Of a stretch of 64,000 nt of DNA, positions 41,875 through 51,812 are shown piece by piece; position 1 is the stretch's first letter, and each line of letters opens with the position of its first letter. Below the pieces are notes generated by a model. The model was not told the DNA's origin, searched no databases, and saw only the letters and a list, made by a program, of their open reading frames with translations. The translations under genes were made by a program, and so were the position numbers. The stretch spans positions 2,817 through 66,816 of the forward strand of contig CAZQQX010000006.1 of NCBI GenBank assembly GCA_964595565.1. The letters run 5' to 3'. Source of the stretch: an uncultured Actinomycetota bacterium. GTDB lineage: Bacteria > Actinomycetota > Humimicrobiia > Humimicrobiales > Humimicrobiaceae.

Positions 41875-43287
41875 CTAAAAATTTCTAATCCAGCTTTTTA
41901 TAATTTTATCCTGAATCCTGTGGTCAGTTCTTATTTTAATCCTTCCTGTCAGATTTTTGGGCAATAAATAGAAAAGTTCAAAAAATACTCTAATTCTTGC
42001 AGGTATGTCAACCCTTTTTTGCCTCATACCCTTTAACAGACCTGATAGATAATATAAAATATGAATCAAACCTGAAACAACAAACGTCAGATAACACCTG
42101 ATAAACAGGAGCGGCCAGCCACACTTGAAAATCATTAGAAGCCTATTTCTTATTACATAATAGGTAAAATCATAAGACCATTCCCTGCCCGTGCCACAAT
42201 GAAAATGCCTGGCAACAGAACCGGGAGCAAAGAAATTTTTCCAGCCTGCCAGTCTTGCCCTCCAGAACAAATCAATATCCTCATAATAGGTAAAAAAACT
42301 TTCGTCGAAATAACCTGTTTCCTCCAGCATTTCCCTGTCAAGCATAATACTGCTTCCGGAAAGGCCAAAAACTTCCTCAACGCGATTATACTGGCCTTCA
42401 TCAATACTTTCCATACCCCTGTCTCTGCTGTAAAAAGATTTATTTATCTTAACGCCACAACTATTGATTATATCCTTACAGTTAATAAAATACTTTTTAG
42501 GGATTTTTATTTTTATTGTCTTTAATCTTTTTGAGAGTTTTACATCCTTTACTATTTCTTCACCTACTACTACCTGTAAGTTATTCGGTGAGATATAAGT
42601 TGCCGCTTTGAACTGCAACTCCATATCTCTTTCAGTGTTTGCCACCGGTATGGCAAGTATCGCATTGTCCTGTGTCCAGTGATAACTTCTCCCGTTACTG
42701 TCAGACTCAGCAGGATAGAACCCGTCCAGGTACTTAATATTATTTTCTAAAGGGTTATTATAATCTACGGCACCATTACCATCATTTATTATGGTTAAGT
42801 CACATATTTTAACCCCCAGTCTTCTTGATTTTTTGCTGTTTTTATTTTCACTCTGGCCGGTACAGCGGGTAATAATCTGAAAAGGAAGATAACTGTAATA
42901 AAAAACCACTTTGGAGCCCACAGCTCCTATTTTTGAATCACCGGTTGATTGTTTGAAAATAGACAGCATTTCAGACAACCAATCTTTTTCTACGATACAG
43001 TCATTATTTATTAAAGCTATATATCTGCCTTTTGAATGTCTGAATCCTTCATTATTCCCGCCGGCATAGCCCCTGTTCTCCCCGAGTGCGATTACTTCCA
43101 CCCACGGAAATTCTTTTTTTACAAATTCTACTGAACCATCGGTAGAGCCGTTATCGACCATTATTATCTGAATTTTATCAGCAGAGTAATTAAGACTAAT
43201 AATAGAATTAAAAAGATTTTTTAAAAATAATTTGCCATTAAAATTTACTGTTATGATTGATATTAAAGGGTCATCATCCTCGCTCAA
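41875..43287 (-). CDS. family-2 glycosyltransferase (large, about 470 aa)
   Basis: LISIITVNFNGKLFLKNLFNSI...MVDNGSTDGSVEFV. Confidence 0.75.
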   Translation of the reverse strand: MSEDDDPLISIITVNFNGKLFLKNLFNSIISLNYSADKIQIIMVDNGSTDGSVEFVKKEFPWVEVIALGENRGYAGGNNEGFRHSKGRYIALINNDCIVEKDWLSEMLSIFKQSTGDSKIGAVGSKVVFYYSYLPFQIITRCTGQSENKNSKKSRRLGVKICDLTIINDGNGAVDYNNPLENNIKYLDGFYPAESDSNGRSYHWTQDNAILAIPVANTERDMELQFKAATYISPNNLQVVVGEEIVKDVKLSKRLKTIKIKIPKKYFINCKDIINSCGVKINKSFYSRDRGMESIDEGQYNRVEEVFGLSGSSIMLDREMLEETGYFDESFFTYYEDIDLFWRARLAGWKNFFAPGSVARHFHCGTGREWSYDFTYYVIRNRLLMIFKCGWPLLFIRCYLTFVVSGLIHILYYLSGLLKGMRQKRVDIPARIRVFFELFYLLPKNLTGRIKIRTDHRIQDKIIKSWIRNF

Positions 43288-43318
43288 TTAAAACCTCACC
43301 TTACCTTTAATCAGGATA

Positions 43319-43717
43319 CTAGCTTCTGGAAATTACAATTACCCCGATCGTTATTACAATTGCTCCTATCCAGCGCACAGGATTAACATCCTCTTTCAAT
43401 ATAAATTTTGAAAGAACAAGCACCATTACATATGTAAAACCAATAAATGGATAAGCAAAGCTCAAATCCACTACAGATATTACTATAAGCCATATAGCAG
43501 CAGAAATTACATATAAAAACAGGCCGGTTAAAATCAGGGGGCTTTTTATCACCCCCAGAAATAATTGCTTTAAAAAATCAAACCCTTCAATATTGACTAT
43601 TCCGATACGATTTATCCCTATTTTTAATAGTAATTGTCCCCCGACGGCTATGGAAATACTCAGCAGTATTAGAAGTATAGAACCTGTTAAACTCAAATGC
43701 CCGCTCCTTTTAATCAT
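43319..43717 (-). CDS. small 4-TM EamA/SMR-like membrane protein (putative lipid-linked sugar flippase subunit)
   Basis: 132 aa, four predicted TM helices, DMT-superfamily half-size architecture, embedded in a GT cluster. Confidence 0.5.
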   Translation of the reverse strand: MIKRSGHLSLTGSILLILLSISIAVGGQLLLKIGINRIGIVNIEGFDFLKQLFLGVIKSPLILTGLFLYVISAAIWLIVISVVDLSFAYPFIGFTYVMVLVLSKFILKEDVNPVRWIGAIVITIGVIVISRS

Positions 43718-43772
43718 AATTTTAAGTATTTATTCTTATTAAACCCGCTTTTAGAAAAATCACCAGTTAAAA

Positions 43773-46094
43773 TTATATTTTCTTTACAAGATAATATCTA
43801 TTGGAAACTGAAAGCCCGATTATCCTGTCAATATTCTCAAAATCCCGCAACAGGACTTCCAGTTTCTGGTCAATGTCTATAACCGTTCCCGATTTATTTC
43901 TGGGTTTAAATCCCCCCAGAATTTCTCTCAGGCTGCTGATATTATAACCCAGATTTTTAACTTCTTCATAAAGAGTCCTGAAAATATTAAAGTATATAAG
44001 TAAGAGCCTCTCACGGTTTTTACGATTTAGTTCATTAATTTCCCTGTTTATCTGTAGCTGGATATTATTATTAATGGCTTTAATTGATTCATTGTAGCTC
44101 TTTCTTAAATTCTCAAAATACATACTGGTAAGAAGATACATATATCTTCTTAGCTTTCCTTTTATGGTTTTATCTTCCGTAAGCTCCTCTGAACCCAGAA
44201 TATCCAGCCGGCTCAAAAGTTTCAATTCATCAAAGTTTTCCTTATTTAATTTTATTTCAAAAAGTTCAAATAATTCATTTTCTCCATATACCTCGTCCGT
44301 CTTATTACCACCGACAAATACCGGATTCTTTTCAAACTTATCCCATATTCCTTTTTCCATGATTTCAAATCCTGCATTTTTAAATATAAATTCAATGGTA
44401 AAATCATCAATCCTTGAACCTGTTCTATCTTCCCTGCTTCCCTCACCCAGAAGTTTATAAATTCCTCTCTTTTCTGGCATGGAAAAAAATAACAGGCCTT
44501 CTTTTTTTAATTTTGAAGCCAGCACATTTGTCAGGTCATAGAAAAATTTTGGAGTAATTTTTAGAAAAGCGTTATTTAAAATAATTCCATCAAACTTTGT
44601 TCTCTGGGTTATTTTAGATTTCAAAATCCCGACTTTATCCAGGCCCGAATATTCATCTTCATCATCAGATAAAACAAAGTCACCGTCCACTTCAAGATTA
44701 AAAATTTTACCCACATCTTTTTTATTTATAATATCTTCGTCCCTGTATTTATTAGAAGTTATTTTTAAAACATTCGCGCAACCCTCAAAATTCTTCTTTA
44801 TAATTCGCGAAATCTTACTATTCTGTAAATCTATCATCTCAACTATTTTTTTCTTATCCAGTGAATAATAAGAATTAACACAATATTTAACCAGTGGTTC
44901 AGTTACATTTTCCCAGTAAAACCGGGGAGCAATCCTATTTAAATTTTTACTATAAATTTCTTTTAAGCTTTTATTGGTAACCACACTTTCTATTACTCTG
45001 GCAAGCTGGTGCGTATCCTCATAACTTACCACCTCACCAATATTCTCGCTCTTTACAATTCGTGCAATAGAATCACCCTCGGTGGTTATTACAGGAAGCC
45101 TCGCCCATATGTAATCAATGACCCTGGTCCTGTAGGAAAATTCCGTTTCAATCCTGTCACTATGAATGGATAATCCCGCATCCGAATCCAGCAGAACAGC
45201 CTGCCTCAGGTCATACGGGGTCCATTCATTAAAAAATATATTTTTATCATATAAATCCAGCTCTTTTGCCAGATTTATAGCTTCCACACACTTTTTCATC
45301 CGGGGAAGCTTGGGGTCAGGGTGATTTACCCCCATAAACACCAGCTTTATATCTTTCCTGTTTCTTGTAATTTCCCATATTGCTTTTATCGCTGTGGTAG
45401 GGTCAAGCCAGTTCCATATTCCACCTCCCCATAAAACTAACTTATCTTCTTCACTAACGTCAGGTACAATATCCCTTATGGAAAAATTATTGCGCCGGGG
45501 CGGTTCGGAAGGTATGCCGGAAGGTACTATATCTATCAAATTTCTTAAAGTATTGTCGGAGTCATAATTGTATGGATTGATCCTGCCCATAGCATTCAAC
45601 ATTCCTACCCAGTAATCCCTCTGTTTTTCACTTGCACAGATAAAAAAATCTCCAATGGTAAGCTGGAGCTTTAATATATTTAAATTATTCTTATCAATCC
45701 TGAGTCTTTCTACCATATCACTTTCCCTGAACATCTCCAGGCTCTCAAGATTAAAGGGATTATAAAGGTCTACAATAATCTTTCCCTTAAAGTTTTTCAG
45801 GAAAGGAAAATAATAAAGGATATGCCCCTGTATTAATATAATTTCAGAATTCTCAATGCTTCTCTGCAGGCTCTTATAGCTATTTAATTTATACTGCCTG
45901 GTTCTAAATCCTTCGATATCAATATCTACTCTGTTGGGAGTAAGTAAAGTAACATCAAGATAATTGGATAGAATCTTTGCAAATTCATAGAAACGTATGC
46001 CGGGCCCGGCCATTTTTTTACCAATTACATCATAGCTTATGATACATATTCTTGATCGATTTTTCTTGCCAGGTTCAACAACTTCTTTCTCCAT
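43773..46094 (-). CDS. multidomain protein: GT4-like glycosyltransferase fused to a methyltransferase-like domain and a C-terminal coiled coil
   Basis: The N-terminal approximately 400 aa carries a GT-B retaining motif (ETEFSYRTRVIDYIWARLPVITTEGD). The middle region FDGIILNNAFLKI...GLLFFS resembles class-I SAM-MTase motifs. The tail is heptad-rich. Confidence 0.6.
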   Translation of the reverse strand: MEKEVVEPGKKNRSRICIISYDVIGKKMAGPGIRFYEFAKILSNYLDVTLLTPNRVDIDIEGFRTRQYKLNSYKSLQRSIENSEIILIQGHILYYFPFLKNFKGKIIVDLYNPFNLESLEMFRESDMVERLRIDKNNLNILKLQLTIGDFFICASEKQRDYWVGMLNAMGRINPYNYDSDNTLRNLIDIVPSGIPSEPPRRNNFSIRDIVPDVSEEDKLVLWGGGIWNWLDPTTAIKAIWEITRNRKDIKLVFMGVNHPDPKLPRMKKCVEAINLAKELDLYDKNIFFNEWTPYDLRQAVLLDSDAGLSIHSDRIETEFSYRTRVIDYIWARLPVITTEGDSIARIVKSENIGEVVSYEDTHQLARVIESVVTNKSLKEIYSKNLNRIAPRFYWENVTEPLVKYCVNSYYSLDKKKIVEMIDLQNSKISRIIKKNFEGCANVLKITSNKYRDEDIINKKDVGKIFNLEVDGDFVLSDDEDEYSGLDKVGILKSKITQRTKFDGIILNNAFLKITPKFFYDLTNVLASKLKKEGLLFFSMPEKRGIYKLLGEGSREDRTGSRIDDFTIEFIFKNAGFEIMEKGIWDKFEKNPVFVGGNKTDEVYGENELFELFEIKLNKENFDELKLLSRLDILGSEELTEDKTIKGKLRRYMYLLTSMYFENLRKSYNESIKAINNNIQLQINREINELNRKNRERLLLIYFNIFRTLYEEVKNLGYNISSLREILGGFKPRNKSGTVIDIDQKLEVLLRDFENIDRIIGLSVSNRYYLVKKI

Positions 46095-46179
46095 TATTTC
46101 TCCTCTGCCGCTTTAAAAATTATCCAAAAGCCTTTTTACGTTAAAAACTCCAGGTTATTTCTTTATTTCAAGATTGCAA

Positions 46180-47226
46180 TCATTTTAACTCTAATTTATT
46201 TAAGATTAAATGATTTTTTAATTTAATTATCAAATTACAGGGTAGAAACAGAAAATTTATAAAATAAGCATAAAATAAAGGCAGAAACTGGTCAACTGTT
46301 GACTCTTTCTTTAACCATCTCAGCTCGGCTCTAAAAAAAACTTTTAAAAATGTCAAAAAATCCATATTGATTATTGCACATCTGATTCTGTTTTTATGGT
46401 AAAACCTGTAGAAATTTCTGCTGAATTTTTTTACTGAAGCTCCTTCAAAATGCCGGGCAACAGAATCGGGGTTTACTACAACTCGCCTTTTAATTTTTTT
46501 AAGTTTAAGACAATAATCAAGTTCCTCAAAATAAGCAGGGCGATACCCGGCATCAAACCCGCCCAGATTACTGAATAACCTGAAATCCGTAACAAAAAAA
46601 GCTCCGGTAACATAATCTACATCTTTTATTCTATCTTCACGGTACAGCTCGCCTTTCCCATTTTCAGTCTTCCCTGTTTCATTCTTAATAACAGAATAAT
46701 CTTTTCCGGAATTTATATGATAGGTAATGAAATTATCTCGTATTCTCCCTCCATAATGCTGGATGGTGACACTGTTATAATCAAGAATGAGTCCTCCTGC
46801 AGCTCCTATCCTGACTGACCGGGATTGTCCCCTGTTTATTTTTTCATTTACCGCTTTATAAAAAGAAACCATTTTCTTTAAAGAGCCCCTGTTAATATAG
46901 ATATCCGGATTTAATAAAATTAAAAACTCCGGCCCTCTGCCGGTATTTTCCTTTTTTGCTTTTATGAAATTAAAAAACGCATGATTAACCGCACCTGCAA
47001 ATCCGATATTTTTCCTGAGTGCAATTAGTTTGAAATTACCGGCATCTAACCCGGGATACATATTCCTGAATTCTCTTATTTTTGTAACTGTTTCATCTTT
47101 AGAAGCATTGTCGGCTACAATCAGAAACCACTCTGTATAATCCTGGGCAATTATTGAATGAAGGCATTTTTCAATAAAATTCTCACTGTTATAAGTAACA
47201 ATTATTATCAGGCTTTTATAATTCAT
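46180..47226 (-). CDS. family-2 glycosyltransferase
   Basis: IIIVTYNSENFIEKCLHSIIAQDY...VADNASKDETV. Confidence 0.8.
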   Translation of the reverse strand: MNYKSLIIIVTYNSENFIEKCLHSIIAQDYTEWFLIVADNASKDETVTKIREFRNMYPGLDAGNFKLIALRKNIGFAGAVNHAFFNFIKAKKENTGRGPEFLILLNPDIYINRGSLKKMVSFYKAVNEKINRGQSRSVRIGAAGGLILDYNSVTIQHYGGRIRDNFITYHINSGKDYSVIKNETGKTENGKGELYREDRIKDVDYVTGAFFVTDFRLFSNLGGFDAGYRPAYFEELDYCLKLKKIKRRVVVNPDSVARHFEGASVKKFSRNFYRFYHKNRIRCAIINMDFLTFLKVFFRAELRWLKKESTVDQFLPLFYAYFINFLFLPCNLIIKLKNHLILNKLELK

Positions 47227-47302
47227 AACGAAAAAATTAATAACAGAAATATTTTGAATACTTGCATCTTTTTAAATATAGCATCCGTGCTTGCTTAAAT
47301 AT

Positions 47303-48877
47303 TCAGTGAAATATTCTCCTTTTAGCAACTTTAAAATAACCATATATTTTATAAATCAGATTCTTGCTGACGATTCCTTCAAGCTCGGATATTCTCCTGT
47401 CCCTTTCTTCTATCATTTGCTTCTGCCGGAGAACTATCTCATCAATATTCCTCAGGGCTTCTTCTCTGTTTAGAAATAATTTCCTTTCCTTCCCTTTATC
47501 CGGGGAAAATACAGGGTTTCTAACCCATTCTCTCAATCTTAAGGTAGTCCTAGTGAAATTAAAATTTTTCAATGCATAAATTTTTCCCGCAGCTGCAGTT
47601 TTTTCCACCTCACTGCGATGTGCTGCCATGTAAATTAATTTATCGCTTAATTCATTATAATCATAAGGTTTAAATGTATAACCAATTTCTTCTTTTTCTA
47701 TAATATCTGTCAATTCACACACATTTGAAGACAGCACGCACAGACCGGCTCTGAACCAATCCATAATACGGTTTTTACTGCCCAGCCTGACTTCATAAAT
47801 ATCTTTATCAATGTTTATACCGGCATCAGCTTCAAGGTAGTAATTCGGGACATCTTCTCCGGGTACCCATCCTTTCATTATAAATCTATCTTTATAAGAG
47901 CTTTCATTTATCATGGAAAGAAAATGAGGATAAGTTTTCAGGTCCTGTTCGGGAATCTCGCCTCCAGTTGATACAAATTTAATATCAGGATTTCTTTTCA
48001 TGGCAATTATCAGTCCTTTAAACAGGGTATCAACATCTGTCCAGGTGTTATATCCACCGGTCCAGAGAACCACGAAATCCCCTTCTTTTATGCCATATTT
48101 TCCCCTGATTACTTTTCTGGTATGTTTATACCCCGTTTCAGGGATACCACATGGAATCACATCTGTAAAATCATAACCGGCGGTATAGCGGTTAAGCCTG
48201 CCCGCGGCTCCCAGCTCTCCTATTAAAGCATACTTCTGTCTTGAAGATACACAGGAAAAACCATCCGCCGCGGATATAATATTATACTCACTGTTCCAGT
48301 AATGGAAAAGACACTCATCACTGCCGTCCATACAGGCGCGCGCCTGTGCTTCGGCCATTACATGGCCAAACAAATCAGCCCGAAACGGTATATCTTTATT
48401 AGAATAACTGATTAGTTTGGACAGAATATATGAAGGATAAAAAGTACATCCAATAGCACAGTCAGGTTCGAATTCATTAAATATCCGGGACATAATTTCA
48501 ACATTCTCAAAATCCTCTTTTCTCAATATGTTGTACTCAAAGCTATATTCAGGACTGCCCTTTATCCCACTATCAACACTGACAGAATTACCGGCATACG
48601 CTTTCCTGTCCCCCATGCCTCCGGAGTTGCTGCTTTTAAAATAACCGGAATTCTTTTTATTTACCGGGCCACCTTCACTATAAACAAAATTTTTCTTATG
48701 CTCTGACTTGTAACCATCAGGATATGCTGAAGGAACAGCATAATTACATACACAAATTTTATGGCCCTCCTCTAACAGTGGCAGCAAAAACTGCCATGTT
48801 CTTATACCGGTTCCATATACCTTCCTGTCATTTTCAAATGGAAGGGGGCTCATGCCTGCTATAAATATTCTGCTCAT
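47303..48877 (-). CDS. GT-B (GT4-like) glycosyltransferase with C-terminal coiled-coil tail
   Basis: Two Rossmann-like halves and a heptad-rich C-terminus; weaker signature than the other GT4 genes. Confidence 0.55.
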   Translation of the reverse strand: MSRIFIAGMSPLPFENDRKVYGTGIRTWQFLLPLLEEGHKICVCNYAVPSAYPDGYKSEHKKNFVYSEGGPVNKKNSGYFKSSNSGGMGDRKAYAGNSVSVDSGIKGSPEYSFEYNILRKEDFENVEIMSRIFNEFEPDCAIGCTFYPSYILSKLISYSNKDIPFRADLFGHVMAEAQARACMDGSDECLFHYWNSEYNIISAADGFSCVSSRQKYALIGELGAAGRLNRYTAGYDFTDVIPCGIPETGYKHTRKVIRGKYGIKEGDFVVLWTGGYNTWTDVDTLFKGLIIAMKRNPDIKFVSTGGEIPEQDLKTYPHFLSMINESSYKDRFIMKGWVPGEDVPNYYLEADAGINIDKDIYEVRLGSKNRIMDWFRAGLCVLSSNVCELTDIIEKEEIGYTFKPYDYNELSDKLIYMAAHRSEVEKTAAAGKIYALKNFNFTRTTLRLREWVRNPVFSPDKGKERKLFLNREEALRNIDEIVLRQKQMIEERDRRISELEGIVSKNLIYKIYGYFKVAKRRIFH

Positions 48878-49060
48878 ATTAAAAAATTAAGAATATATTA
48901 CTTTTTGGTTTATTTTTGCTTTAATTATAATAATTTATCCCGGACTTATCACTTTACTGTTTTTATTTTTTAAAGATTTCTTAATTATAATTGTACTAAT
49001 TAAAAATTTATACTACCATAACAAAAACAATAAAATTATTGTAAACAGCCTGAATCCTAT

Positions 49061-51070
49061 ATGAGATTTATAATAATAATACTTCTAATTATTTTTTTAT
49101 CAATAAGCACCCTTTTAAGCATCGCCGTAATCAGTACAACAAAAGACGCCGAAAGCCGGGAAACCACTGCAGAAGGGCCGCTATCAGCAAAACCAAAAGA
49201 TAAAAATAAATTACCTGTCTCAAGGGTAGAAACAATAAATGATATACAAAAATTTTTTATTACTAATCGCGAATACATAAGTAAAGATATCAGTGACACC
49301 CCGGCCGGGGATACTGCTGATGGCCCTGAAACTCCGGATGATAAGGATGACAGTTCTTTAGATTCTGCAAACCAGGATGCAGAAGTAGCTGATAATAAAC
49401 AAAACGAAGATAGAGAAAATACGGATGAAGAAGAAACTACGGAAGAAGAGGAAGAAAACAGAGAAGAGATAAAAGCCGGTACCATAAAATTTTTTCTGGA
49501 TGGAGATATGGAAAACGGCATATACCTCGGGGAAACAACTTCAAACCTTGAATCTGCGGAAGCATTACAGCTGTACGGTGAGGATTTTATAAATACAGGT
49601 TTTAAATTTAACATTAAAAATGACAGTAATCTTAATCTTGAAGCCGGCTCTAACCACTATATTTATATTTACTTTTACACCCGGCAGTCAGAATGGGGCT
49701 ACACAAGACAACAGGTAAGTTTATCCGGAGAAGAAAAATGTGAGAAAAAAATTACCATATTTGTAGAAAAACCGGAAGATAAGATTATAACCTCCAGCCT
49801 AAAGATAATTAAAGGATGGGCTGTTGACCTTAGAAACAAAGAAAACCCCGGAATATCAAACATTGAAATCTACCTTGATGGACCGGAGAGTTATGGAAAA
49901 TTTATCGGGAACGCTGAATATGGAACCCCTAGAGAGGACGTTGCCGGCTATCTTGAAAATTCAAACTACTTAAATAGCGGTTATACATTTGAAAATCTGA
50001 TTGACCTTGAGCCCGGTTCCACCCACACTATATTCATTTATGCCTTTAGCTCCGTGGACAATTCGTTTAATTATGAAACAAGAGATATTTACTTATCCGG
50101 GATAAGAGAAGAAAAAGCAATAATTAATGCCAGGATTGACACACAAAAGTTCAATGATGAGAACATTATTGAAATAACCGGACTGGCAATTGATAAAAAT
50201 GTCCTTGAACAGTACCTTGAAGAAAAACGAAAGGCCGTGGAAGAGTCTTCAACAGATACCGGCCGGTACAATACCAAAAAAATAATATTTAATTCCAATA
50301 GAGATGGTAATGAAAATATATACAGTATAAATATTGACGGTACAGGACTCACCCGCCTGACCGGCAGCACTGGCAGCGACCTGTATCCGGAAGTATCGCC
50401 TGATGGAGAAAAAATTGCCTATACTGCTGATATAGGCGGGGTCTGGCAGATTATGGTTATGGACTGGAATGGTGATAATAAAAAGCAAATTACCACGGGC
50501 AACCATAGATGTGCCTATCCTTCCTGGTCTTATGACGGAAAATATATATATTTTGAGATATATAGTGATGGAGACTGGGAAATATATAGAATTAAAAGCG
50601 ACGGAACAGAGCAAAAAAGGCTTACCTTTAACCGCGACTCCCATGACTGGCACCCAACCGGGCATCCTTCTGAATATATGGTTATCTACGAATCAGGAAC
50701 TACCGGACATGAAAATATTTATGTAATGAATCACGACGGCTCCGGAAAAAGAAAAATATGTACTGATGGGCCAAGAAGAAGGGTCCCGGATGTATCACCG
50801 GACGGAAGTAAAATAACTTATATGAGATATTCTGATAGATACGCTGATATCTGGATTATGGATTATACCGGCCAGAATGAAACCAGGTTAAACAGCAACC
50901 CTGAAGAGGACGGCCACCCATCTTTTTCACCTGATGGGAAATATATAATTTATGAAGAAAGAAAAGGCTCCCGCGAAGATTTAATTTTAATAGATCTTGT
51001 CACTGGAGAAAAAACCAATCTGACTAATTCTTCATATATTGATAAAGATGGCAGTTTCCTTTACCGATAA
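49061..51070 (+). CDS. signal-anchored protein: acidic linker, two copies of an approximately 100-aa unassigned domain, and a C-terminal PD40/TolB-like beta-propeller
   Basis: N-terminal hydrophobic anchor, a D/E-rich segment, two internal repeats (IKFFLDGDMENGIYLGE... / IEIYLDGPESYGKFIGNAEYG...) and TolB-type PD40 repeats (NSNRDGNENIYSINIDG...SPDGEKIAYT... WSYDGKYIYFE). Confidence 0.7.
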   Translation: MRFIIIILLIIFLSISTLLSIAVISTTKDAESRETTAEGPLSAKPKDKNKLPVSRVETINDIQKFFITNREYISKDISDTPAGDTADGPETPDDKDDSSLDSANQDAEVADNKQNEDRENTDEEETTEEEEENREEIKAGTIKFFLDGDMENGIYLGETTSNLESAEALQLYGEDFINTGFKFNIKNDSNLNLEAGSNHYIYIYFYTRQSEWGYTRQQVSLSGEEKCEKKITIFVEKPEDKIITSSLKIIKGWAVDLRNKENPGISNIEIYLDGPESYGKFIGNAEYGTPREDVAGYLENSNYLNSGYTFENLIDLEPGSTHTIFIYAFSSVDNSFNYETRDIYLSGIREEKAIINARIDTQKFNDENIIEITGLAIDKNVLEQYLEEKRKAVEESSTDTGRYNTKKIIFNSNRDGNENIYSINIDGTGLTRLTGSTGSDLYPEVSPDGEKIAYTADIGGVWQIMVMDWNGDNKKQITTGNHRCAYPSWSYDGKYIYFEIYSDGDWEIYRIKSDGTEQKRLTFNRDSHDWHPTGHPSEYMVIYESGTTGHENIYVMNHDGSGKRKICTDGPRRRVPDVSPDGSKITYMRYSDRYADIWIMDYTGQNETRLNSNPEEDGHPSFSPDGKYIIYEERKGSREDLILIDLVTGEKTNLTNSSYIDKDGSFLYR

Positions 51071-51119
51071 TAACTACCTTTTGCAGTTTAATATATTTTC
51101 CGGGTCCACTGTACTGCAT

Positions 51120-51581
51120 TTAATCGGTAACCTGATGCCTGAACCTTTTGCTTGAAGCTCTGAGTTTTAATCTAACCGATGTACCCATGGAAATACCGAG
51201 CCACAGGCCCCAGACAGTTTCCCTGGAAAAGAAATAAAAAGCAAGCTCTGAAATAGTAAGACTGGAGTTAAACAGTTCAGTTACTACTGTATTTACCAGA
51301 CCGGTTTTATATAGCAATAGCGCAATAGCAGGTATACAGCCTGAAATCAAAAATGTTTTTATGTCAAAATAGTTCCTATTTACTATCGGCTTCATACTGA
51401 GAATTATCAGTAATCCAATCATAAACCCAAGAATAAGAACAATAATGAGCCTCAAAAAACTTAAAAAACCGGCCGGCAGGCTGTAAGCTGCCAGTGCGGC
51501 GGTAATATTATCAAAATATGCAAAAGCGGTATAATAGAGAATTATATTTATAAAACTGAATATGATAAGAAAAATTCTCAT
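51120..51581 (-). CDS. 4-TM membrane protein, unassigned family (paralogue of 53533..54063)
   Basis: 153 aa, four hydrophobic helices, convergent with the PD40 gene; about 45% identical to 53533..54063. Confidence 0.5.
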   Translation of the reverse strand: MRIFLIIFSFINIILYYTAFAYFDNITAALAAYSLPAGFLSFLRLIIVLILGFMIGLLIILSMKPIVNRNYFDIKTFLISGCIPAIALLLYKTGLVNTVVTELFNSSLTISELAFYFFSRETVWGLWLGISMGTSVRLKLRASSKRFRHQVTD

Positions 51582-51812
51582 TTTTTTATCCGCTGTCTTC
51601 TTTCTATTTATATCATTTTTTTTAAAATGACTGATAAGCAGATGTTAACTTAAAAAAATACTAATTTCAATTAATATTGTATTCTGTTATACTTTAAAAC
51701 TTGAAAAAATATTAAATGCATTTATAGTTTATAATTATTATCAGTTTATTTAACTTAATCTTAATGTCCAAATCCTATAATCTGTAATATAGATAAAAAG
51801 GTATAAAAAAAA

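Noticed and set aside
43773-48877. Homology between the C-terminal coiled-coil tails of the 773-aa GT-MTase fusion and the 524-aa GT4-like protein
   Set aside because: Both are heptad-rich, but no convincing residue-level alignment could be made by eye; the similarity is probably compositional
49057-49614. Minus-strand 185-aa Ser-rich ORF
   Set aside because: Antisense to the acidic (GAA/GAG-rich) linker of the PD40 protein gene; the composition artefact produces a Ser/Phe-rich reverse frame
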